Part shown: one piece after another, positions 52,538-64,000 of the stretch
Position numbering within the stretch: the first letter of the stretch is position 1
Layout of the letters: every line of letters begins with the position of its first letter
Assembly (NCBI RefSeq): GCF_006345805.1
Contig: NC_043018.1
Location: forward strand, 6,758,001 to 6,822,000
DNA: 64,000 bases
Source: Octopus sinensis
Lineage: Eukaryota
Direction of reading: 5' to 3'
The notes under the pieces: model-generated
The model's database searches: none
What the model was told of the DNA's origin: nothing
The model's input: the letters and a program-made list of their open reading frames with translations, nothing else
Made by a program: the position numbers and the translations under genes

Positions 52538-53168
52538 ATGTTTCTTTATTAGCCACACAGGGCTGCACACAGACAGAACAAATTACAAGGTAGAGCTTTT
52601 CTTTTGGGGGTAAAAAAAAGGGGGTTGGTTTTCGATCAAAAGGGATCATAAAAGGAAAGAAAGAGGACAAAAAAGGGGAGGATTTTTAAAAAAGGGGGGG
52701 AGAGGGAAAAAAGAAAAGGGGAGAGGAAAAAAAAAATTGATCAATAGGGATCGTAATCACAGAAATGTCAATATGAAGTGTAAAGGGGAGGACAGGTGAG
52801 GTTTACCCGTGGAGGGAAAAGCCTACGGAAAAGACCACGGTAACCTCAGTCAATAAAGTCACATGTTATATTTCCTTTTTTTTTTTTTGCAAATAAGCAA
52901 CTCTCTGTATTAATTTTTACGGTTCATAGAATCATAGTCAAGGTGGCTTCGTCATTCATACGTGCCATCCTTGCTACGTTCACCCATCTTTTTTTAAAAC
53001 ATTCACTAGACAAAACTTGCCTCTCTACTCTCACTTTCCTCTTCAAGTGATACTTGAAGAAGTTGATGAGAGATTGACCAGAGAGGAAAGTGTTTGTCTC
53101 TAATCCTTTCAGGCGCGTCCACCAGATACATTCTTTCGCCATAACCACAAGTATGATAAAAATAGCTC
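52538..53168 (-). mobile_element. Tx1/L1-like ORF2 C-terminus and 3' UTR inserted in (GATA)n
   Basis: MAKECIWWTR...FKYHLKRKVRVER...FKKRW; (GATA)n on both flanks; last ~60 bp duplicated at 52351-52412. Confidence 0.8.
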
Positions 53169-53183
53169 AGATAGATAGATAAG

Positions 53184-53215
<32 letters not shown>

Positions 53216-53295
53216 TAGATAGATAGATAGATAAGTAGATAGATAGATAAGTAGATAGATAGATAAGTAGATAGATAGATAGTTAGATAGATAGG

Positions 53296-53337
<42 letters not shown>

Positions 53338-53989
53338 GTGTATAGATGCTGTCAAATTGTTAACAGGATAGACGAAGAGAAAACATCATATTCGCAATAT
53401 TAATCAAAATCTGTGAGTTTTATTGAAATGACAGGCCACATGGAATGCAACAATGGAATGCCTATGTAGAAACATCCTGTGGAACCAGTCTAAACGGTTC
53501 CAGACCGAACTAGTCTTCTTTGTTCCAAAACGACTGTTAACCAACACCTTTGATAATGTCTAATGCATTTAACCGAACCAACCACCTACGGTTCCATCTT
53601 CCTAAACACATTTTGCAGTTGGTATTCCAACATTCACTTTGTCCTCCTTATTCTGTTATTCATGCTTTGCATTTCCGAAATATCAAAGAATTTCTTGTAC
53701 AAGTACAACTTCATTCTTCCTTTCCTTTCCTTTGTTTCTTTTTTCCTTCCTTCTTTCTTTCTTTCTTTCTATTTGAACTTTGGTTTACAAGAATAGGAAG
53801 GAAACGTTGCCACCACATGTTTCTCTTCTTCTCCCTCATCACTTCTTGCCAGATGCCCATTCCTTCCGACCACGACCACCACCGTTACTATTACCATCAC
53901 TAATGACACAATCATTGATGTCATGATTGACATCACCGTTGACAACAAAATCCCACGTACATCATTGTCATCAGATCGACATACATCAT

Positions 53990-56350
53990 TGTCACCAGCG
54001 TCATCACCTATATCATCGCTGTCATCATCATCATTGTTATCAACATCATCATCATCATCAACATCATCTTCATCATCGTGAACACTGTTGTAATCACCAT
54101 TACCATCATTATCACCATCAGCATGATGATGATGATCATCATCATCATCATTGTCGTCATCATCATCATCATCATTGTCGTCATCATCATCATCATTATC
54201 AACATCGTTGCCATTGTCAACGTTATCATCATCATCATTGCCATCATCGCTATTGTCATCATCATCATCCGAACATCACAACCTCCACCACCACCACCAT
54301 GACCACCACCACTGCCATGAGCTTCTTTTGTTCTTGTTTCCTGTTTTCTTTTAACTTTTTTTTTTGCGATGATGACGAGGATAACAACATCGATAATGAC
54401 AACAACAACAACGTCAGCAATGATGATGACGACAATAATTACAATGTGGAAAAGAGGGAGAGAGGGAGGAGGAAGAGGATGTGGTGGGGATGATGATGAT
54501 GAATTTTGTTATAAACATAGCAAGTCTCATCACCATCATCACCATCATCATCACCATCATCACCATCATCATCATCATCATCATCGTCACCATCATCATC
54601 ATCATCGTCATCATCATCATCCTTTTTGCCTTTGTCTTGTTTCCTTTGATCTTCGCCAACACTCCAACCCCCCACCCCTCACCACCATCATCTCTTCTCT
54701 CCACTCATCGTGAAGAAGACCGTCTTCAGAATCTGTCCGGTCTTTGACCATCCCAGACAATCTCCACCACGACAACCACCACCAATACCACCACCGCCAC
54801 CGCCACCGATACCGTTCTGTTCACCCATCCAGTAGAAATAACCAAAGTTGCTGCTGGCTAAGATCTTCAATTGACATTTTGGATTTCATTATCTTCCTAC
54901 ACACTCAACGGCAGTGGTGGCAGTGGTGGTGGTGGTGGTGGCGATGGTGGTGGTGGTGGTAGTGGTGGTGGTGGTGGTGCTGCTGCTGCTGCTGCTTGCT
55001 GTTACAGCTGGTGGAGGTGGTAGTGGTGGAAGTGGTGGTGTTGGTGGAGCTGGTGGTGGTGGTGGTGGTGGTGTTGGTGGTGGTGGTGGTGGTGGCAGTG
55101 GTGGTGGTGGTGCTGCTGCTACTTGCTTTTACAGCTGGTGGAGGTGGTACTGTTGGAGGTGGTGGTGGAGCTAGTAGTGGTGGTGGTGGTGGTGGTGGCA
55201 GTGGTCGTGAGTAGTGGTAGGAGTGGTGATGGTGGTTGTGAAGGTTGTGGGTAATGGTGGAAGTGGAGGTAATGGTTACAGTGGTAGTGGTGGTGGGGTG
55301 GTAATACTGATGGTGGTGGAGGAGGTGGTGGTAGTGTTGTTGTTATTGTTGTTGGTGGTGGTGGTGGTACTGTTGTTGCTGCTGGTTGATGCAGGGATGA
55401 TGATGATGATGATGATGATGATGCTGGTATTAGGTTAAGGTGGTGAGCTGGCAGAATCATTAAGCTCATCAGAATGAATGCTGAGTCAGTTCTTCTGACT
55501 CATAGCATTCTGAGTTCAAATCCCACTGAAGCCAACTTTGCCCTTTATCCTTTCAGAGTCAATAAAATAAAGTACCAGTCAAGTACTGGGGTTGATGTGA
55601 TTGGTTTAACCTGTCCCCCCTCCTCCCCTCCTGCAAAATAGCTGATTGTGTGCAAAAGTGCCAAAATGGTTGTGTAATAGACATAGGCATGGCTGAGTGG
55701 TGAAGACGCTTGTTTTGCAGCCATGGGGTTTTGGGTTCAGTCTCGTTTAGCGCAACCTTGGGCAAGTGTCTTCTACTATTGCCCTGAACCAACCAGGGCC
55801 TTGTGAGTGAATTTGGTTGGCAGGAAACTGTGTGGAAGCTCATCGTATATATTATCATACTTGTTGTTGTCAGCAGTGGCAGCAGTGGTAGCAAAAGCAG
55901 CAGAGTTATCATCATCATCATCACCATCATCATCATCATTGTCGTCGTTATCATCGTCGTTGTTGTCCTCTTCCTCTTCCTCCTTCTCCTCCCCCTCATC
56001 ATCGTCATCGTTGTTGTTGTTCTCTTCCTTTTCCTCCTACTCCTCCTCCTCATCATCGTCATCGTTGTTGTCATCCTCTACTTCATTGTCATCACCGTCA
56101 TTGTCATCCTCCTCCTTATCATCATCATCATCATCGTCGTCATCATTGTCATCGTCGTTGTTGTCCCCCTCCTCTTCCTCTTCTTCTTCTTCTTCCTCCT
56201 TCTCATCATCATCATCATCATCATCATCATCGTCATCCTCCACTTCATTGTCATCACCGTCATTGTTATCCTTATCCTCATCATCATCGTCATTATCGTC
56301 GTCAATCCTCACCATCATCTTCCCCATCACCATCATCATCATCATCATCA
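53990..56350. repeat. Cluster of compound (CAT)/(GGT)/(CCT) trinucleotide arrays with interspersed SINE pieces
   Basis: Directly visible. Confidence 0.9.
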
Positions 56351-56654
56351 TCACTATCTAATGTCCATGTTCCATACCGGCACGGCTTATAGATGGTTCA
56401 ATAGAATTTGACAAGCAAGAAAGCTGCACCATGCTCCAGCTGTCTGCTTTGACATAGTTTCTATGGTTGGATGCCCTTCTTGACACCAACCACTTTACAT
56501 GTGAATAATGTATTTGTGTGTGTTGGTGTTGCCCTCCACCACCACCACCACCACCACTTAACAACCAGTGTCAGTCTGTCTGCATAAACTGTGTCTTAGG
56601 GTTGGGCAAAAGGGACCGATAGAATAAGTACCAGGCTTCAGAAAATAACAGGGA

Positions 56655-57360
56655 TAGCACATGGCTTAGTGGTTAGGGTGTTGTACTCATGATGATAAGA
56701 TTGTGGTTTCAATTACTGGACAAGGCATTGCATTGTATTTTTAAGCAAGACACTTTATTTCACATTGCTCCAGTTCACTCAGCTGTAGAAATGAGTTGCA
56801 ACGACACTGGCGCCAAGCCGTATTAGCCTTTGCCTCCCTCTTGGATAACATTGGAGGTGTAGAGGCAGGAGGCTGGTATGCATGGGCGACTGCTGGTCTT
56901 CCATGAACAACCTTACCCGGGTTTGTGCCTTGGAAAGTAACTTTCTAAGTGCAATACCATGGTCATTCATAACCAAAGGAGGTTTTTACCCTTTACCATG
57001 CATGTTGTATAAAGGCACATGGCTCAGTGGTTAGAGTGTCAGGGTCATAATCGTGAAGTAGTGAGTTCAATTCCTGGACTAGGCTGTGTGTTGTGTTCTT
57101 GAGCAAGATACTTTATTTCATGCTGCTCCAGCTCACTCAGCTGTAGAAATGGATTGCGGTGTCACTGGTGCCAAGCTGCACTGACCTTTGCCTTTTCCTT
57201 GGATAACATCAGTGGCATAGAGAGGGGAGGCGGGTATGGATGCGTGACTGCTGGTCTTCCATAAAACAACCTTCCTAGGGACTTGTGCCTTGGAGAGTAA
57301 CTTTCTAAATGCAGTCCCATGGTCATTCATGACCAAGGGGGTTGTCTTTACCCTTTATCC
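56655..57360 (+). mobile_element. Two tandem copies of SINE family E
   Basis: Heads at ~56657 and ~57015; both end in TTACCCTTTA. Confidence 0.82.
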
Positions 57361-57731
57361 TTAGAAAATAACTACTAGTGCTAATTGGTTTAACGGAATC
57401 CTTCCAAGCAGTGAACTATTATATTGATGTTATAAATTATAAGAAAATTTATCTTCTATACTTATGTATTCTTTTTCCTTCTTCGCATTATTCCTTATTT
57501 TTCTTAATATTATTTTATTTATTATCGGCTCATTAATTATATTTTTAAAATAATATAAATTGTGAAAAAAATTCTCCCTTTGAATGCGGATTTGACCCCT
57601 CATGATACCCGATCTCCTTTTTCCATACGTTTTTTTTTACTAGCAGTAATTTTCTTAATTGCCCCAGCATGGCCACAGTCCAATGACTGGAATGAGTAAA
57701 AGATAAAATGTAAGAGATGCACACAATCATG

Positions 57732-57771
<40 letters not shown>

Positions 57772-58344
57772 CTGACCGTAGTAAGAGTGAAGAAGATGTA
57801 TGTGAAAGTAACAAAATAAGCAGAAAGTGTAGAATAAACATTTATGTAAATCGAAGCGAGGGGGGAACAGTTCAAACAAAAAATATCGTTGAAGAATTGT
57901 TTACATGGACAGACTAGAAGACAGTCAAAATAAGACTTTACGGAACAAGACAGCAAAATGGACAAAGTACAATGTAAATAAAATACAATATAAAGACAAA
58001 AGGTTTCTCTTCATCAGGCTTCGACTGAACATTCGATGTAGTTTCAAACACCAACTGATATGAAGAACACGACGCTAAGTAGTGTTGAATAGTTAAAGCT
58101 AAAGGCTACTTGGTGTAAATATTACAGAACAAGAACTGGACCGAAGACAAACAAGAAATGCAAATAGTCTTTTGACTCAGCTGGTACAAGCAAGCTATGT
58201 AAACAGCCTTGTGATACAGACAGAATAGAATTAACTAGTGATTGCATTACAACTGTCAGTTTCACCATCTCTTTGGCTTGTTGGATAATGATATTAATTC
58301 ACCTTCGTTTTGAATAAAGGTAGGTTAATATTATTATCTGATGA

Positions 58345-59350
58345 TGTTAAGGTGGCGAGTTAAGGTGGTAGAATCAGCACGTTGAGCAAAATACTTAGTG
58401 GCATTTCATCTGTTTAAGGTGGCGAGCTGGCAGAATCGTTAGCATGCCAGGTGAAATGCGTAGCCGTATCTGCCATTACATTCTGAGTTCAAATTCCGCC
58501 AAGGTCGACTTTGCCTTTCATCCTTTCGGGGTCGATTAAATAAGTACCAGTTATGCACTGGGGTCGATATAATTGACTTAATCCATTTGTCTGTTCTTGT
58601 TTGTCCTCTCTGTGTTTAGCCCCTTGTGGGTAGTAAAGAAATAGGTACTTCGTCTGTTTAAGGTAGCGAGCTGGCAGAATCGTTAGCATGCCGGGCGAAA
58701 CACTTAGCGGTATTTCGCCTGTCATAACGTTGTGAGTTCAAATTCCACCAAGGTCGACTTTGCCTTTCATCCTTTCGGGGTCGATAAATTAAGTACCAGT
58801 TATGCACTGGGGTTGATGTAATTGACTTAATCCGTTTGTCTGTCCTTGTTTGTCCTCTCTGTGTTTAGCCCCTTGTGGATAGTAAAGAAATAGGTATTTC
58901 GTCTGCCGCTACGTTCTGAGTTCAAATTCCGCCAAGGTCGACTTGCCTTTCATCCTTTCGGGGTCGATAAATTACGTACCAGTTATGCACTGAATTCGAT
59001 ATAATCCGTGTGTCTGTCCTTGTTTGTCCTCTCTGTGTTTAGCCCCTTGTGGATAGTAAAGAAATAGGTATTTCATCTGTTTAAGGTAGCAAGCTGGCAG
59101 AATCGTTAGCACGCTGGGCGAAATGCTTAGCAGTATTTCGTCTGCCACTACGTTCTGAGTTCAAATTCCGCTGAGGTCGACTTTGCCTTTCATCCTTTCA
59201 AGGTCGATAAATTAAGTACCAGTTGCGCACTGGGGTCGATGTAATCGACTTAATCTGTTTGTCTGTTCTTGTTTGTCCCCTCTATGTTTAGCCCCTTGTG
59301 GGTAGTAAAGAAATAGGCATTTTGTCTGCCGCTATTTTCTGAGTTCAAAT
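58345..59350 (+). mobile_element. Head-to-tail array of four SINE B units plus partial heads
   Basis: Tails end at ~58643, 58892, 59066 and 59314, each followed by a GGYA(T/C)TT motif. Confidence 0.9.
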
Positions 59351-59595
59351 GTAATCGTGAGTTATTTCCTGTATTTTTAAGTAAAGTTATGAAGAATCTA
59401 AATTTTTGCATTGAGAATTCTATCTTTTAAAAATATTTACCATACAAACACAGGGATAGCTGTGTGGTTAAGGAGCTTGCTTTACAACCACATAACTGTG
59501 GTTTCAATCCCACTGCATTGTACCATGAGCCTCAGACTGACCAAAGCTTTGTGAATGGATTTGATAAACGGAAACTAAAAGATGCCCGTTGTGTG

Positions 59596-59637
<42 letters not shown>

Positions 59638-60189
59638 TGCACACACACACACACATACACACACCACACATACACACACACACACATATATATATATACA
59701 TGTGTGTGTCTGTGCCCCCCCCCCCATCACCACTTGACAACTGGTGTTGGTGTGTTTACATCCCTGTAACTTAGCAGTTCAGTAAAAGAAACCCGGCTTG
59801 AAAAATAAGTCCTGGGGTCAATTCATTTGGCTAAAAATTCATGGTGGTGCCCCAGTATGGCCACAGTCTAATGACTGAAACAGACAAAAATTCTTTTAAA
59901 AAGTTCCAGATTTAAAACAAATACTGACGCTGATTTATTCAATTAAAAAGAAAACCTTCAAAGCACCACCCCAGCATGGCTGCCATCCAATGATCGAAAC
60001 AAGTAGAAGATAAAAAACAAAAGATAAATCCTACACACTTTTTAGTAGATATATCTACCTATGAATATGTATACAAATTACAGACGAAACTTCTGGAGTC
60101 TTGGAAAACATTTTCATGATTCCATTAAGTCTTGTAATTATAATTTCTCAATTAGCTGTGTATTTTTAGCTCTTGTGGCACCACCTTCT

Positions 60190-60420
60190 TAAGATCTGCG
60201 TGAAGTAGTTAGTTTCATAACTAATGATCACAGGTATAAATCTAAAGTTACACTCCAAGTGCTATATCAGCAAATTTCCCATTAGTTCAGCAGAAATGTT
60301 TCTTATTTCAGTTTTTGCTATGTCAATGTCTGCTGAATAATTGAATTCCACTACAGTAAACACGTGCTTTTCTCTCTTCCAGAACACCATACGAACACTG
60401 GATTGTTATATCTATATCTT
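60190..60420 (-). mobile_element. Older decayed copy of the RLE domain found at 60695-61260
   Basis: MVFWKREKHVFTVVEFNYSAD...AELMGNL...FRFIPVII aligns with IWDREEILCTVVEISCPTD...FSFIPAII. Confidence 0.65.
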
Positions 60421-60694
60421 ATACTTCCCAGATTTACATACACCAAGCCTAATTATCATTTCACATAGTTCCACTTGCCCCCAGAAAGATAACTTGTCAA
60501 AGACTATATAAAACTACTAAGGGTTCCTATGTGTAGCACAGTCTGATGAAAAGTAGCTGGTCGAAACTTTGAAATCACCATCATGTCTCTTGTAAAAATT
60601 TAATAAAAATAGATATAAAGGATAAAGACCCTTACAGTGTCATATAGACCAGCAGGGCTGGTTTCCCAGTTTCCATAGCAAATCTATATTACCC

Positions 60695-61260
60695 CTTTTG
60701 AGAAGCCTAATTTCTCAAGATTGGTATTTAGGCAGTATGTTACATATCCCAGAGCCCCAATAATTGCAGGTATAAAGCTGAACTTATAATCTGGATAGAG
60801 TAACTGCAGATTTCTCAATAGTTCAGTATATGTGTTCTCTTTTACACTGATCTTCAGCTTTACGTTATCATCCGTTGGGCAGCTAATTTCCACAACTGTA
60901 CACAGTATCTCTTCTCTATCCCAAATCATTATATCAGGTCTCTTGTGCTTACATTTTATTGAGGTCTTCACTGGTACATTCCACCAGTATTCCTTTTTAT
61001 TATGAGTAGCTATGGCTTCTACCATACTGTTGGTTCTTATTTCTTTGTCCTTGGGGTTATTCTTCCGACAGATTTCATTATAGTATCCTAGCTACAACGC
61101 CAGGTCTCATCAGTAGATGACAAATTAGGACAACTGCTTAAGATGTGGGTGAGATCTTCAGTGTGAACGCCACAAAGTCTGCAACCATTGTTACATTTTA
61201 CGGCTTTTCCTGCATCTCTATCACTTTTGTGCATCAGGTACTTGGCTGCTGTTTCCTTTT
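60695..61260 (-). mobile_element. RLE non-LTR retrotransposon fragment (CCHC zinc knuckle plus endonuclease), second R4-like family
   Basis: CRLCGVHTEDLTHILSSCP followed by RPDIMIWD...VVEISCP...IPAIIGALG. Confidence 0.88.
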
Positions 61261-61603
61261 CCTAAATTGAATTGTATGTGTGTACATATGTATGTATGCA
61301 TGTATGTATGTATGCATGTATGTATATATGTATTTTTATTTATTTTTTTTTTTATCTAGTTTCAGCTCACGAGCTGTGGCCATGCTGGGGCACCGCCATT
61401 ATGTGTATGTATGAATGTATGTGTATGTATGAATGTATGTATGTATCTATGTGATGTATGTACGTGTACGTACGTGTGTATGTATTTGTGAATGTATGTA
61501 TGTATATATGCACATATGCATGCAAGTATGTATGTATGCATGCATGATGTATATATGTATGTTTGGATGCATGTATGTATGTATGTATGAATGTGTGTAT
61601 GTA

Positions 61604-61634
<31 letters not shown>

Positions 61635-62158
61635 TTCCCTCTGTGTTTCAGTTGGTCTCCCACCACCACTTGACAGCCAGTGTTGGTCTGTTTATGGCCT
61701 TGCCCACACCCCCATTTACTTAGCAGTTCAGCAAAACAGACCAATTACAACACTTTATTTCCTTAGAATTTAGAAAACAATAAGTCCTGGGGTTGATTTA
61801 TTCAACAAAAACCCTTCAAGGCAGTGCTCTAGCATGGCCACAACACCAATGACTAATAAAAGCAAAGAACAAAATACAAAAGCTTAATACTATGAACTAC
61901 AAATATTCTCCTATGATGAGGGTCTTTCTCACCGACATGTCTTAACTCCTGTTTCAAGGCGATAAATCTTGTGTACTTTTTGTGGATGACAAGTGTAGTT
62001 ATTTACTTGTTTACATCTGATAAATATCGCTACGTAACTTATAGCTTTCCATAAATCAATGCTCGTTTTTTTTCCTTCCTATTTTATGAATAAATACATG
62101 ACAGCGTTTCCAGTGTTTTATTATTATTATATTATTATTATTATTATCATTATTATTA

Positions 62159-62198
<40 letters not shown>

Positions 62199-62692
62199 TT
62201 GCCTTTGAGTAATTTTTTAGTATCTTCAAGATTCTGTAGAATAGTTATAAAGAAGAAATATAAACAAGTATTTTTCAAACTGTGTGTATTTGCGTGTGTA
62301 ATAAAAATCAAAATTGTACAAAAAGAAATAACTCAGAGTAGCCTGTCGCATGAATTGCATAACAAAAGGGAACAAAGGTATCTTAAATACCATACAATTG
62401 GATTTAGTACTTACATATCTACAGTATCCTACCAACATGTGATACCTTTATGGTTGTTTTACCTCACTGCAAAGCTTATATTATTCTACCTAGCCATTTC
62501 TGACATCCTATGTGTTTATGTGCCTAGATTCTATTGAATCCCATTACTAATTGTTATATACATACATACATGCATATGTATGTATGTTGAATGTATGTGT
62601 GTGGAACCTGGTGCAGTCCATGGCCTTCCCAGTTCCTATCAAGCTATCCAGTTAATGCCAGCATGGAAAAGGGACGTTAAATGATGATAATG

Positions 62693-62735
<43 letters not shown>

Positions 62736-63114
62736 TTGTATGGCACGTAAAAGCCACCAACCAATTGTGGCCATTGCCAGCCTCCTCTGGCATCTGTGCC
62801 AGTGGCACGTAAAAAGCACCATCCGTACATGGTTGATGCCAGCGCCACCTTGACTGGTTTCCGTGCTGGTGGCACGTAAAAAGCACTCACCGATCGTGGC
62901 CGTTGCCAGCCACCCCTGGCCCCTGTGCCGGTGGCACATAAAAAGCACCCACTACACTCACAGAGTGGTTGGCGTTAGGAAGGGCATCCAGCTGTAGAAA
63001 CACTGCCAGATCAGACTGGAGCCTGGTGCAGCCTCCTGGCTTCCCAGACCCCGGTCAAACTGTCCAACTCATGCTAGCATGGAAAACGGACGTTAAACGA
63101 TGATGATGATGATG

Positions 63115-63140
<26 letters not shown>

Positions 63141-63145
<5 letters not shown>

Positions 63146-63290
63146 GGGATGCTGAAAAGTTTCTGGCTTTGGTTAGAAGAAAATACATGATGATCAATTA
63201 ATTATGATTCTATTCAACATGTTCCCCTCTCAGATTCACACACTTACTGCAGCAGCCCATCAGTTTTTCTAAGCTCTGTAAAAGAACGCG
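63141..63290 (-). mobile_element. Mariner 3' end (TIR and last codons)
   Basis: TATGAGGGGATGCTGAAAAGT TIR-like end; minus strand encodes LEKL...SKCVNLRGEHVE*. Confidence 0.75.
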
Positions 63291-63830
63291 ATGCATTCAT
63301 TTCCAAGTAAGTTTATCTTCACCTTTTTGATGCAACTCTCTATTCTATACTATTTTCTTCCTCCATCCTTCTGTAATTCCCTTCTCCTCCCCCTCCTTCC
63401 TTCACCGCTTTCTATCAGTCTCTCTCTCTCTCTCTCTCTCTCTCATTGCATGCACATGACCATCGTCCATCTTTCTTTTCCTCTATGGACATTGAAAAGA
63501 ACGGCTGTGTTTTCCTCTCTCTCTTTCTATTTTTTCTCTTTTCAAAAAAATGTTTCTCCCAGCATTCACTATTTTCCTGTCATTCTGGTCTAACAACAGT
63601 CCATGTTTGTTTTCGTTGTATGTCTCCACTGTCATGTTTTTGTCCCCAAATTTGACCCTCCATAAATCCTAAATTTCATTTTAGAATTTATGGGAGCAAC
63701 TGTCATTAAAGACTCATATTGTCACTGAACGTTGACAACTGATAAAGGATCCTTTGTCTGTGTTTACTTTTCCTGTTTTCCATTTTTTCTCGCTGTTTAG
63801 TTTTTCATGTTATTTGTACCCAAATATGCA

Positions 63831-63910
<80 letters not shown>

Positions 63911-64000
63911 AATATATATATATATATATGACCCATTGATCTTGAGGAAACCTATTGAGTCAAGTACATCAACATCAAAATAAAAATTCAAATGGAAATT

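Noticed and set aside
58000-58025. CTGATGAAGAGAAAC on the minus strand
   Set aside because: No stem II; at most a deleted relic.
60535-60580. CTGATGA...CGAAAC motif
   Set aside because: Stems I-III do not pair.
61905-61945. ATGATGAGGGT...ACCGACATGTC hammerhead-like relic
   Set aside because: Both core boxes are mutated; too degenerate to call.

Overview
AT-rich, extremely repeat-dense animal genomic DNA. The SINE families, microsatellite load and divergent 28S fragment suggest an octopod cephalopod; this is an inference, not a database result. Almost all ORFs in the supplied track are microsatellite artefacts. The only well-supported host coding sequence is one 105-nt minus-strand exon (34320-34424) resembling HEATR4, so the window is probably mostly intronic. 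The rest is transposon debris: several tRNA-derived SINE families, RTE LINEs with a PHD finger inside the RT region, Tx1/L1-like and R4/Dong-like fragments sitting in microsatellites, a HERO-like fragment, three mariner relics, TTAA MITEs, a 28S rRNA fragment and element-derived minisatellites. The most notable signal is a set of Penelope-type minimal hammerhead ribozyme motifs in (TA)n-flanked inserts. These include a ~410-bp spacer-less palindrome (centre 31365/31366) carrying a complete hammerhead on each strand. Coordinates were read by eye, so element ends are approximate.
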